A DNA stretch of 64,000 bases from Acidimicrobiales bacterium (GTDB taxonomy: Bacteria > Actinomycetota > Acidimicrobiia > Acidimicrobiales > UBA8190): contig JBJKRZ010000034.1 of assembly GCA_046704365.1 (NCBI GenBank), forward strand, positions 2,522 to 66,521. Direction: 5' to 3'. Shown here piece by piece: positions 50,338 through 59,380 of the stretch. Under the pieces are notes generated by a model. That model did not search any database. It was not told where the DNA came from and saw nothing but the letters and a program-made list of their open reading frames with translations. Numbering within the stretch: the first letter of the stretch is position 1; each line of letters opens with the position of its first letter. The position numbers and the translations under genes were made by a program.

Positions 50338-53289
50338 TTGACGAGAGGGAGAAGTACCTTGAACAACAGTGAGCGCTCTAGCAGGCTGCAGGCGGCGGCG
50401 AGTCGAGTCAGCGCCGCGCGCACAGAAACCGAAGCGAGAGGCGAGACTTTCTATCCGGGCCCCTCGCGCGTGCATTTGGCATCGTTCCCGCCCAAGGAGC
50501 GCTGGGACGACTGGGTCGAACTCGATAGCCGAGCGTGGCCAGAGCGCAAAGAGCGCCACAGCATGCTCGTGCCCACGACCTGCTTCAACTGCGAGTCGGC
50601 CTGCGGCCTGCTCGCCTATGTCGACAGAGAGACCCTCCAGATAACGAAGCTGGAGGGCAATCCGGAGCACCCCGGCTCGCGCGGGCGCAATTGCGCCAAG
50701 GGCCCAGCGACCCTGAACCAGCTGACCGATCCCGATCGCATCCTCTATCCGCTGCGCCGGGTGGGTGAGCGCGGCGCGGGACGCTGGGAGCAGGTGAGCT
50801 GGGATGAGGCGCTCGATGACATCGCCAAACGGCTGCGCTCGGCCATCACCGAGGGGCGTCAGAACGAGATAATGGTGCACATCGGCCGTCCAGGCGAAGA
50901 CGGCTTCACAGAGCGGGTACTGGCGAGTTGGGGGGTGGACGGCCACAATTCGCACACGAACATCTGCTCGGCGGGCGGGCGCACGGGCTACCAGTTTTGG
51001 ATGGGCGTCGACAGGCCCAGCCCCGACCACGCCAACGCCGAGGTGATCTACCTCATCAGCTCGCATCTCGAGGCCGGTCACTATTTCAACCCCCATGCCC
51101 AGCGAATCACGGAGGCCCGTCAAAATGGCGCCAAGGTGATTGTGTTGGACACCCGCCTCTCGAACACGGCCACCCACGCCGACTATTGGTTGGCGACATT
51201 CCCGGGATCAGAAGCGGCCGTGAACCTGGCGATCGCCAACCACATCATAAAGACCAAGCGTTACGACCGCGAGTTCGTTCGAAGGTGGTGGAACTGGGAG
51301 CAGTACATGGAGACCTGCCACCCGAAGGCGCCGCAGACATTCGAAGAATTCGAGAAGGTACTCGAAGGGGTGTGGGGACAGTTCACCTTCGAGTTCGCCG
51401 CAGCAGAATCTCGGGTGCCCGCCGAGACCATCGCCGAGGTGGCCGAAGTCGTCGCAGGGGCCGGGCATCGCCTTTCCGCGCACACATGGCGATCGGCCGC
51501 GGCGGGCAATTTGGGTGGTTGGCAGGTGAGCCGCACCTTGTTCCTCCTGAGTGCCCTGCTCGGAGCCGTCGCCACAGAGGGAGGGACATTCCCCAATGCG
51601 TGGAACAAGTTCGTCCCGAAGCCCATACACGTTCCCCCGCACCCAGGGGTGTGGAACGACCTCTCCTGGCCCGAGGAATACCCCCTCGCTCAGAACGAGC
51701 TCTCCTTTCTCCTGCCTCACTTCCTGAAGGAAGGCCGCGGGAACCTGTCGGTGTACTTCACCCGTGTCTACAATCCGGTGTGGACGAACCCCGACGGCAT
51801 GACTTGGGTGGAGGTCCTGAGCGACGAGTCCAAGGTGGGATGCCACGTTGCGCTCACCCCTACCTGGTCGGAGACCGCCTACTTCGCCGACTACGTGCTC
51901 CCTGTCGGGCTCTCCCCTGAGCGTCACGACACCACGTCGTACGAGCAGTACGACGCGCAGTGGATAGCCCTCCGCCAGCCGGTCCTGAGAGCGGCGAGGG
52001 AGCGGCTCGGTGAAGAGGTTTCCGACACCCGGCAGGTGAACCCGGGGGAAGTGTGGGAGGAGAACGAGCTCTGGATCGAGCTGTCTTGGCGAATCGACCC
52101 CGACGGCAGCCTCGGCATCCGCCAGTACCACGAGTCCCGTGCCGATCCAGGTACCAAGCTGAGCGTGGACGAGTACTACTCCTGGATGTTCGAGCACTCG
52201 GTTCCCGGCCTGCCCGAACGTGCCGGAGAGGAGAACCTGACCCCGATCGAGTACATGCGCCGCTATGGGGCTTTCGAGATCACCCGGAAGGTCGGACCCC
52301 GCCATGAGCAGGAAGTCCACCCCGAGGAGCTCGAGGACATGGCCGTCGGACCTCACGGTCGCGTCTATGCAAGAGGGGCTCCGCCCGCCACGACCAACAT
52401 TGCACCAATGGGCAGCCCAGACCCCGATGCTGAGGGGCGTCGCGCCGTGGGTGTGTTGATCGACGGTGTCGTGCGTCGGGGGTTCCCCACCCCCTCCGGC
52501 AAGCTCGAATTGTGGTCCTCTACCTTGGCCGGCTGGGGCTGGGACGAGCATGCGCTACCTGGGTACATCGAGAGCCACATCCACCCCTCCGAACTCGAAG
52601 GGGGCCAGATGGTGCTCATATCCACTTTCCGGCTGCCCACTCAGATTCACACGCGCTCGGTCAACGCCAAGTGGCTCGACGAGCTCGCCCACACCAACCC
52701 GCTGTGGGTGCACCCCTCCGACGCCGATCGCCTCAACATAAAGCGCAGTGGCGACCTGGTTCGCGTCGAGACCGAGATCGGGTACTTTGTGCTGAAGGCC
52801 TGGGTGACGGAGGGAATCCTCCCCGGTGTCGTGGCGTGCAGCCACCACATGGGCCGCTGGCGCACCGAAGGTCAGCCCAGCCAGCGACAGATGATGGCGA
52901 CTGTGGCCCTGGAGCGAGACCAGGAGGCTTGGAGGATGCGCCGTACAGCGGGAGTCTCACCGTACGAGTCGGAAGACCCTGACACCTCCCGAATCTGGTG
53001 GAGCGATGTGGGCGTGCACCAGAATCTCACCTTTCCAGTGCATCCTGACCCCATTTCGGGGATGCACTGCTGGCACCAGGCCGTGCACGTCCGCCCCGCT
53101 GGTGAGGCGGACCGCGACGGGGACATCGTGGTGGACGGCGCCAAGGCGCACGACGTCTACAAGCGTTGGCTCGCCACGTCCAGACCGGCGGGCTCGGTCA
53201 GTCCAGACGGGACGCGCCGGCCCTATTGGCTCATGCGGCCCCTCCGCCCTGCTCGTTCCGCATACTCGCTGGCGGGCGACAAGGGGTGA
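50338..53289 (+). CDS. molybdopterin (Mo/W-bisPGD) oxidoreductase catalytic subunit, Psr/Phs/Ttr/Soe-like, no Tat signal
   Basis: CFNCESACGLLAYVD...EGNPEHPGSRGRNCAKG FeS motif, and HTNICSAGG (candidate Cys ligand). About 980 aa. The start may be TTG 50338 or TTG 50359, the latter with GGGAG 7 nt upstream. Confidence 0.9.
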   Translation: MTRGRSTLNNSERSSRLQAAASRVSAARTETEARGETFYPGPSRVHLASFPPKERWDDWVELDSRAWPERKERHSMLVPTTCFNCESACGLLAYVDRETLQITKLEGNPEHPGSRGRNCAKGPATLNQLTDPDRILYPLRRVGERGAGRWEQVSWDEALDDIAKRLRSAITEGRQNEIMVHIGRPGEDGFTERVLASWGVDGHNSHTNICSAGGRTGYQFWMGVDRPSPDHANAEVIYLISSHLEAGHYFNPHAQRITEARQNGAKVIVLDTRLSNTATHADYWLATFPGSEAAVNLAIANHIIKTKRYDREFVRRWWNWEQYMETCHPKAPQTFEEFEKVLEGVWGQFTFEFAAAESRVPAETIAEVAEVVAGAGHRLSAHTWRSAAAGNLGGWQVSRTLFLLSALLGAVATEGGTFPNAWNKFVPKPIHVPPHPGVWNDLSWPEEYPLAQNELSFLLPHFLKEGRGNLSVYFTRVYNPVWTNPDGMTWVEVLSDESKVGCHVALTPTWSETAYFADYVLPVGLSPERHDTTSYEQYDAQWIALRQPVLRAARERLGEEVSDTRQVNPGEVWEENELWIELSWRIDPDGSLGIRQYHESRADPGTKLSVDEYYSWMFEHSVPGLPERAGEENLTPIEYMRRYGAFEITRKVGPRHEQEVHPEELEDMAVGPHGRVYARGAPPATTNIAPMGSPDPDAEGRRAVGVLIDGVVRRGFPTPSGKLELWSSTLAGWGWDEHALPGYIESHIHPSELEGGQMVLISTFRLPTQIHTRSVNAKWLDELAHTNPLWVHPSDADRLNIKRSGDLVRVETEIGYFVLKAWVTEGILPGVVACSHHMGRWRTEGQPSQRQMMATVALERDQEAWRMRRTAGVSPYESEDPDTSRIWWSDVGVHQNLTFPVHPDPISGMHCWHQAVHVRPAGEADRDGDIVVDGAKAHDVYKRWLATSRPAGSVSPDGTRRPYWLMRPLRPARSAYSLAGDKG

Positions 53290-53330
53290 GCCGGGGATAT
53301 GTGCGAGCGACGGCCTGGGACAGACGGCCG

Positions 53331-54116
53331 ATGAACATCGACATCAGTGACATTTCGGTCAGCTATGACGACGTGGGCAAGGGTGATCCAGTCGTCCTTG
53401 TCCACGGACTGGCCGAAGACAGGCGTTCGTGGGACCAGGTCGTCCGCCTTCTGTCTGAGTCGCGACGGATTGTTTGCTATGACGTGAGAGGCCATGGGTC
53501 GACGAGCACTGGCACCGCCATGGGAACGCTCGAGCAGTTGGCCGACGACTTGGCGAAGTTCCTCGAACGTGTCACTGGCCCAGCCACCTGCGTCGGCTTC
53601 TCACTGGGCGGCACGATTGTCCTGGGTGCTGCTGTCCGCCACCCAGAGCTCGTTCCTCGTTGCATCGTCCTGGGCACGTCCTCTGTGGTCGGAAGATCCG
53701 CCGCCGCCTACTATTCGGAGCGCATAGCTCAGATCGAGTCCGGATCTCCTGCTGAGATCGCCCAGGGGTTGCTGGAAGACACCTCAAGGTCGATCGCAGG
53801 AAGCGGCATCGATGTGGCGGCCGTCGCCACCTACCGTGCCTCCGCCGTCGGCGACGGGGGTGGGTACTTGAACGCCGCCAGGGCGATGCGGTCCCTACAT
53901 GATCAGCCGCTCACGCCGGAATTGGCACGGGTGACTTGCCATGTGGACGTCGTCGGTGCCGATCGGGACACTTTCTGCCCGCAAAAGGCCGCAGACATAT
54001 TGGTGGCTCATCTGCCCGATGCCACCTTTCATGCAATCACCGGTGCCGGCCACTTCATGAACATCGACCAGCCGACAGCGGTGGCAAACCTGCTGGACTC
54101 ACTCCTACCGAGTTAG
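53331..54116 (+). CDS. alpha/beta-fold hydrolase (3-oxoadipate enol-lactonase/PcaD-like)
   Basis: The internal ATG 53331 gives MNIDISDISVSYDDVGKGDPVVLVHG. Also YDVRGHGST, the nucleophile elbow GFSLGG, and a C-terminal GAGHFMN. Confidence 0.8.
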   Translation: MNIDISDISVSYDDVGKGDPVVLVHGLAEDRRSWDQVVRLLSESRRIVCYDVRGHGSTSTGTAMGTLEQLADDLAKFLERVTGPATCVGFSLGGTIVLGAAVRHPELVPRCIVLGTSSVVGRSAAAYYSERIAQIESGSPAEIAQGLLEDTSRSIAGSGIDVAAVATYRASAVGDGGGYLNAARAMRSLHDQPLTPELARVTCHVDVVGADRDTFCPQKAADILVAHLPDATFHAITGAGHFMNIDQPTAVANLLDSLLPS

Positions 54117-54173
54117 TGCAGAACGTGCCCGCTCGCAACGCTCGTCTCAGATCTCGAGAGCTACGGCGGAGCT

Positions 54174-55058
54174 TCAGACGTGGTCGATCAGCCCGGGCAA
54201 GCTGAGAGCCAGTTCGTCGACGGTCCAGCGTCGGTCACCCTGCAGGAGATCGACCGGCCTCCAGGGCTGGAACAACCCAACTCTGCCACCCTGTGCAAAC
54301 AGGATCTTGCCGCTCATGGGGCAACTCTCAGTTGCCAGGTACGCCACGAGCGGGGAGATGTTCGCCGGGTGCCACTCGTCGAATGTGCGCCCATCTACAG
54401 GAGCCTTGCGCAGCTCGCGGACCTCGGGGGTGTCATCAGTCATCCGAGTTCGGGCGGCTGGTGCAACGGCGTTCACTTTGACACCATAGGGCGAAAGCTC
54501 CGCCGCAGCGATGAGCGTAAAGGTGGCAATGCCGGCCTTGGCCGCTCCATAGTTGCCTTGTCCCACGCGCCCGAGTAGCCCGGAGAGGGAGGTTGTGTTC
54601 ACAACAGACGCCCGAACCTGGTGGCCGTCCTCGAAGCGTGCACGCCAATACCTCGCACAATGATACGTCGGCGCAAAGTGGCCTTTCAGGTGGACGCGAA
54701 TTACGGAGTCCCACTCTTCCTCACTCATCGATACGAGCATCCGGTCACGGAGGATGCCGGCATTGTTCACGAGAACGTGGAGATCTCCAAATTCCTGCAC
54801 TGCTGAGTCGAGCAGTCGCCCTGCCCCGGCAAAGTCGGTTACATCCTCAGTGTTGGCGAGTGCCTCTCCCCCCTGATCCCGGATCTCGTCTACGACGCGC
54901 TGTGCGGCCCCGCGGTCGTCGCCGAAACCATCGACGGTGCCTCCCGGGTCGTTGACGACCACTCGTGCACCTTGAGCAGCGAAGAATCGAGCATGCTCTC
55001 TGCCAATGCCGCGCCCGGCGCCAGTGATGATTGCGACCCTTCCGTCGAGCGAGCCCAT
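54174..55058 (-). CDS. SDR-family oxidoreductase (MFE-2/Hsd4A-type 3-hydroxyacyl-CoA dehydrogenase-like)
   Basis: The internal ATG 55058 gives MGSLDGRVAIITGAGRGIGREHA. VVVNDPGGTVDGFG...AAQRVVDEI is typical of the MFE-2 N-domain type. Also YGAAKAG. Confidence 0.8.
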   Translation of the reverse strand: MGSLDGRVAIITGAGRGIGREHARFFAAQGARVVVNDPGGTVDGFGDDRGAAQRVVDEIRDQGGEALANTEDVTDFAGAGRLLDSAVQEFGDLHVLVNNAGILRDRMLVSMSEEEWDSVIRVHLKGHFAPTYHCARYWRARFEDGHQVRASVVNTTSLSGLLGRVGQGNYGAAKAGIATFTLIAAAELSPYGVKVNAVAPAARTRMTDDTPEVRELRKAPVDGRTFDEWHPANISPLVAYLATESCPMSGKILFAQGGRVGLFQPWRPVDLLQGDRRWTVDELALSLPGLIDHV

Positions 55059-55147
55059 TGGACCCGAAGGTAATGGACGTCGGTCAGAGAGGCAAAGTCG
55101 TCGACTCGGCTCAACGTTCTGGATCGAAATTGGTATAAAGTAACTGC

Positions 55148-55828
55148 GTGGCTCAGCCTCCGGCACTCATGCCGATAGGAGAACGGCGGAGTGTTCGCGA
55201 AGAGATTGCATCTGCGGTTCGTGCAGCGTTGATTGCCGGCGAAATGCGTCCTGGTGAGATTTACTCTGCACCATTGCTTGCCACGCGGTTTGGCGTGTCG
55301 TCGACCCCGGTTCGAGAAGCGATGCTGGATCTGGTCAAGGAGGGGCTCGTATCCGTAGTGAGGAACAAGGGCTTTCGGGTTCGCCAACTCTCGGATCGCG
55401 AGCTTGACGAAATTTCCGAACTTCGCCGGCTTGTAGAGATCCCGACGGTGCTGCGAGCAGTTGGACTTGCCACGGACACTGACGTGTTGGAGCTCCGGCG
55501 CCTGGCCCAGAACATCGTGACAAGGGCCAATGACGGGGACTTGATCGGATACGTCGACGACGACAGTCGGTTTCATCTCACCCTCCTCGGCATCGTGGGG
55601 AACGAGCAGCTTGTTTCGCTCGTTAGCGGGCTTCGCGCTCGCTCGAGGCTGTTCGGTTTGCGGCAGCTGGCGAGCGGTGGTGAGCTGGTTCACTCGGCCC
55701 GGGAACATGTCGAGATGGTGGACCTCATCGAGGCCGGCGATGGGCCGGCGTTGGAGCTCCTTGTCGAACGTCATATCGACCATGTCCGAGGAGCATGGGC
55801 AGGCCGCCTCGAGGCAGGGCCTCGCTAG
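55148..55828 (+). CDS. GntR-family transcriptional regulator (FadR/FCD subfamily)
   Basis: LATRFGVSSTPVREAMLDLVKEGLV HTH plus an FCD-like helical domain. It diverges from the SDR gene. Confidence 0.85.
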   Translation: MAQPPALMPIGERRSVREEIASAVRAALIAGEMRPGEIYSAPLLATRFGVSSTPVREAMLDLVKEGLVSVVRNKGFRVRQLSDRELDEISELRRLVEIPTVLRAVGLATDTDVLELRRLAQNIVTRANDGDLIGYVDDDSRFHLTLLGIVGNEQLVSLVSGLRARSRLFGLRQLASGGELVHSAREHVEMVDLIEAGDGPALELLVERHIDHVRGAWAGRLEAGPR

Positions 55829-55852
55829 ATCCGAGCCACAAAGAGTCAGCGC

Positions 55853-57232
55853 TCATTTGGACGGCAGCATCGTCACCGTATGAAGCGATGTGTAGAACTC
55901 GAGCGCTGCCTTTCCCTGCTCACGCTGCCCGTAGCTCGATTTCCCCTCGCCGCCGAACGGCAAGAAGAAATCTACGCCAGTTGTCGGCGCGTTCAGCTTG
56001 ATCTGCCCGGCATTGAGGAGCTCACTGACGAGTAGGGCAGAGTCGAGGTCGTTGCTGTGGACCGATGCAGCGAGGCCGTAGCCAGTCTCGTTGGCGACTT
56101 CGAGCGCCTGGTCGACGGTGTCGACGGATACGATAGCGCATATAGGCCCGAAGACCTCCTCCTGCAGGAGCTCGTGACTGGGGGGCAAGCCGTCAACTGC
56201 CGTGGGCCTCACATACCACCCGTCGATAGGTATTTCGGCGTCGCCACCCGTCAGTATGCGTCCTCCGCTGTTCTTGGCCCCGGCGATGGCATCTCTCACG
56301 CGATCCCGGGCGCGTTCGTCGATCACTGGTCCAACGGTGGTGCCTGGCTCCGAAGGGTCGGCAACCTTGAGGCCCTCGGTCTCGGCGATGAAGGCGTGGA
56401 CGAACTCCGAAGCCTGTCCGACAACCACGATCCGCTTGGTGGCTGTACACTTCTGGCCAGCGAAGCCGTATGCAGCCAGCGCAATCTGTTTCGCTGCCGC
56501 GCCAACGTTGGCGTCCGGAAGGACGATTGCGGGGTTTTGCCCACCCATTTCACACTGTACCGGGATGCCACGGCCGGCAGCAGCAGCAGCAATCTGAGAG
56601 CCAACAGCGGCTGATCCAGTGAAGGACAACACATCTGCCACCTCGATCAACGCGCTCCCGACTGCTGCACCCCCGGCGAGTACCTGAAGCAGTCCTGGGG
56701 GAAAGTGGACAGCAAGCAGTTCCTGCAGCCGTAGCGCGCATGCCGACGATTGAGGGGCAGGTTTGAGAAGGACGGCGTTGCCGAATGCCAATGCGGGTGC
56801 CGCTTTCCAAAGGGGGATCGCCAAGGGGAAGTTCCAGGGTGTGATCAGACCTGCGACACCACGCGGCCGGCGACGAGTAAAGGCCAGGCCGCTCGCGGCA
56901 CTCGGCATGTGAACAGCGCCGATGGGATCGTAAACTTGCTGAGCGAAGTAGCGCAGAATACTGACGGCCCGGGAAACCTCACCTTCAGCCTCGCTGCGAG
57001 GTTTGCCGACCTCACGAATGACCAAGGCGACTAGATCTTCGGAGGCCGAAGCCACCGTGTCAGCGGCTCCTCCCAGAGCGGCGGAGCGCTCACTCGGGAG
57101 GGCGGCAGCCCAGGCGCGCTGAGCAGCCCGAGCCGCACGAGCGGCCTTGTGAACGTCTGACAGGGTCGATTCCGCAACGGAGCAGACGATGTCGAGGGGC
57201 TGCTGAGGAGAGATCGACTCGACAAGGTTCAC
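55853..57232 (-). CDS. aldehyde dehydrogenase (alpha-ketoglutarate semialdehyde dehydrogenase-like, LhpG-type by context)
   Basis: ITPWNFPL, FTGSAAVG, EMGGQN, and the catalytic Cys in AGQKCTATKR. It is co-oriented with the epimerase and deaminase genes. Confidence 0.8.
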   Translation of the reverse strand: MNLVESISPQQPLDIVCSVAESTLSDVHKAARAARAAQRAWAAALPSERSAALGGAADTVASASEDLVALVIREVGKPRSEAEGEVSRAVSILRYFAQQVYDPIGAVHMPSAASGLAFTRRRPRGVAGLITPWNFPLAIPLWKAAPALAFGNAVLLKPAPQSSACALRLQELLAVHFPPGLLQVLAGGAAVGSALIEVADVLSFTGSAAVGSQIAAAAAGRGIPVQCEMGGQNPAIVLPDANVGAAAKQIALAAYGFAGQKCTATKRIVVVGQASEFVHAFIAETEGLKVADPSEPGTTVGPVIDERARDRVRDAIAGAKNSGGRILTGGDAEIPIDGWYVRPTAVDGLPPSHELLQEEVFGPICAIVSVDTVDQALEVANETGYGLAASVHSNDLDSALLVSELLNAGQIKLNAPTTGVDFFLPFGGEGKSSYGQREQGKAALEFYTSLHTVTMLPSK

Positions 57233-57277
57233 GTACTTTCGTTCCTTTCTGGTCGCGAAGCGGTCGTCGGCATGGCC

Positions 57278-58288
57278 TTAGAGCAAGAAACCGGTGGGAA
57301 AGGGATCAGTCGGGTCGAGCACGTACTGGCCCATGCCCGTAATCCACGCTCGTCCCGTGATAGTCGGGATCACTGCCGGCAAATCGCCAACTGTTGTGGT
57401 ACCGACGATGCGCCCTACAAATTGGCTTCCGATGAGGGACTCGTTGACGAACTCCGCCTCGAGTGGCAGTGTCCCCCGTGCGTAGAGTTGCGCCATCCGC
57501 GCTGACGTGCCGGTGCCACAGGGCGACCTGTCGAACCAGCCTGGGTGGATGACCATGGCGTGCCGAGAACGAGTCGAGTTCGATCCGGGGGCAGCCATGT
57601 AGACATGACGACAGCCCGATATCTCACTGTGCTCGGGGTGTGTTGGGGCGACTTGATCCGTCACGGCGCTCATTATCGACAAGCCGGCCTGGAGCATCTG
57701 CTGCCTGGCAGTCACGTCGCTGGGCGCGAACGGCAGGCTGAGTTGTTCGGTATCGACAATGGCGCAAAAGTTGCCGCCGAACGCCACGTCGACGTTGATG
57801 GCCCCGATTCCAACCGCGTCGATCGCCAGGTCCAGCCCATAGGCGAAAGAAGGGACGTTGCGAAGCGTTACGCCGACGGCACTGCCGTCAACAACATGAA
57901 CCTCGGCGAGGACGAGCCCAGCCGGGGTATCAAGCGAGATCTGGGTGACGGGCTCGTTCACCGTTACCATTCCCGTCTCAACGAGAACGGTTGCCACACC
58001 AATGGTTCCGTGCCCGCACATCGGCAGGCAGCCGCTGACTTCGATGAATAGGACGCCCCAGTCGGCGTCAGGCCTGGTAGGCGGCTGCAAAATCGCCCCG
58101 CTCATTGCTCCGTGGCCTCGGGGTTCGTACATCAGTAGTGTGCGAATGTCGTCGAGGTGATCCTGGAAATACTCACGCCGTTGTGCCATCGTCTGGCCCG
58201 GAATCACTCCTATCCCGCCAGTGATGACGCGTGTGGGCATACCCTCCGTGTGTGAATCAACAGCGAAGACAACTCGGTCCGTGCGCAT
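57278..58288 (-). CDS. proline racemase-family enzyme, Cys/Cys type: probable 4-hydroxyproline 2-epimerase
   Basis: FAVDSHTEGMPTRVITGG. Both catalytic Cys motifs are present: LPMCGHGTIG and DRSPCGTGTSA. Confidence 0.8.
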   Translation of the reverse strand: MRTDRVVFAVDSHTEGMPTRVITGGIGVIPGQTMAQRREYFQDHLDDIRTLLMYEPRGHGAMSGAILQPPTRPDADWGVLFIEVSGCLPMCGHGTIGVATVLVETGMVTVNEPVTQISLDTPAGLVLAEVHVVDGSAVGVTLRNVPSFAYGLDLAIDAVGIGAINVDVAFGGNFCAIVDTEQLSLPFAPSDVTARQQMLQAGLSIMSAVTDQVAPTHPEHSEISGCRHVYMAAPGSNSTRSRHAMVIHPGWFDRSPCGTGTSARMAQLYARGTLPLEAEFVNESLIGSQFVGRIVGTTTVGDLPAVIPTITGRAWITGMGQYVLDPTDPFPTGFLL

Positions 58289-58303
58289 GCAGAGATCTCG
58301 GCC

Positions 58304-59197
58304 TCAGCAGCAGCCGGCAGCGACGACCGTCTTCGTTGCTGCTCGTACTGCCTCCGCGAATTCGCTGGCAAGAGGGAGCCGAGGAGGACGACATGGGCCG
58401 CCATGACGACCCACGATGTCCATCGAGAGCTTTATCGCTTGCACGAACTCGGTTCGTGAGTCCCAACGCAACAGGGGGTGAAGCGTCCGGTAAAGGGGAA
58501 GCGCAGTTCCCAGATCCCCGGCTGAAGCAGAAGCATAGAGTTCCTTGCAGGTGCGGGGAAAGGCGTTGGGGTAGCCCGCCACCCAACCGGTTGCTCCGGC
58601 GAGAATGAGCTCCAGCAAGACATCGTCTGCGCCGGCCAGGATGTTGAGGCCGGGTGCCATCTCGGTGATCTGGTAGGCGCGCCTGACGTCGCCAGAGAAC
58701 TCTTTGACCGCGACGATGAGCCCCTCTCCGTACAGGCGAGCCAGCAGCTCTGGAGTGAGGTCTACCTTGGTGTCGATAGGGTTGTTGTACGCTATGACCG
58801 GGAGTCCGACCGAGGACACGGCACGGTAGTGTTCAAGCACGGTGAGTGCGTCGGCTCGATAGGCGTTGGGTGGCAGGAGCATGACGGCTGCGCATCCGGC
58901 GGTGGCAGCGTCTTCGGCCCAACGGGTTGCTTCATCTGATCCATAAGCACCGACACCGGGCATCACGGTGAAGCCATTCGGTGCCGCTTCGATGGCGGTG
59001 CGAACGACACGGGAGCGCTCCTCGCTGGTGAGTGTCTGGTACTCGCCCAATGAGCCATTGGGCGTGACGCCGTCCACACCCTCTGCCGCCAGCCATGCCA
59101 CGTGGTCGGCGTAGAGGTCGAAGTCGATGGTGTGGTCGACGCGCATCGGCAGGGCGGTCGCCACGAGCACGCCATTCCACGGTTCACGTTCAGGCAT
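58304..59197 (-). CDS. DapA/NAL-family Schiff-base enzyme (probable 1-pyrroline-4-hydroxy-2-carboxylate deaminase, LhpC-type by context)
   Basis: GVDGVTPNGSLGEYQTLT and AVKEFSGD (Lys region) match the dihydrodipicolinate synthase fold. Confidence 0.75.
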   Translation of the reverse strand: MPEREPWNGVLVATALPMRVDHTIDFDLYADHVAWLAAEGVDGVTPNGSLGEYQTLTSEERSRVVRTAIEAAPNGFTVMPGVGAYGSDEATRWAEDAATAGCAAVMLLPPNAYRADALTVLEHYRAVSSVGLPVIAYNNPIDTKVDLTPELLARLYGEGLIVAVKEFSGDVRRAYQITEMAPGLNILAGADDVLLELILAGATGWVAGYPNAFPRTCKELYASASAGDLGTALPLYRTLHPLLRWDSRTEFVQAIKLSMDIVGRHGGPCRPPRLPLASEFAEAVRAATKTVVAAGCC

Positions 59198-59245
59198 CGT
59201 GGAATCTGCTCCTTATTAATTGTGTGTGAGGCGAATGATACGATC

Positions 59246-59266
59246 AGTACAATGTCATATGGTACT
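59246..59266. promoter_or_regulatory. imperfect palindrome AGTAC-N11-GTACT in the divergent hydroxyproline promoter region
   Basis: agtacaatgtcatatggtact lies between minus-strand start 59197 and plus-strand GTG 59381. It has GT..AC-type half sites, as used by GntR regulators. Confidence 0.25.
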
Positions 59267-59380
59267 ACCCTCGTCAACCGACCGGGGAGGAGCCGGAAGG
59301 CTTTCGAGCGACGCTGGAGGCGGCTACGCGCCGGCACTGCTGGGTGAGAGCCTGTTGCACGAGTACGTGGGAGAGAGTCG

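Noticed and set aside
50338-50600. Tat signal or selenocysteine in the molybdoenzyme
   Set aside because: No RR-x-F-L-K motif appears in any in-frame N-terminal extension (only SSRLQAAAS and TRGRS). The ORF is uninterrupted by TGA, so no Sec codon is indicated.
50125-52551. 350-aa and 447-aa minus-strand ORFs (50125..51177 and 51208..52551)
   Set aside because: Both lie antisense to the molybdopterin subunit, which is unambiguous on the plus strand. They are shadow ORFs.
54890-55783. 297-aa minus-strand ORF
   Set aside because: It lies antisense to the GntR regulator (clear HTH on the plus strand) and overlaps the SDR start region.
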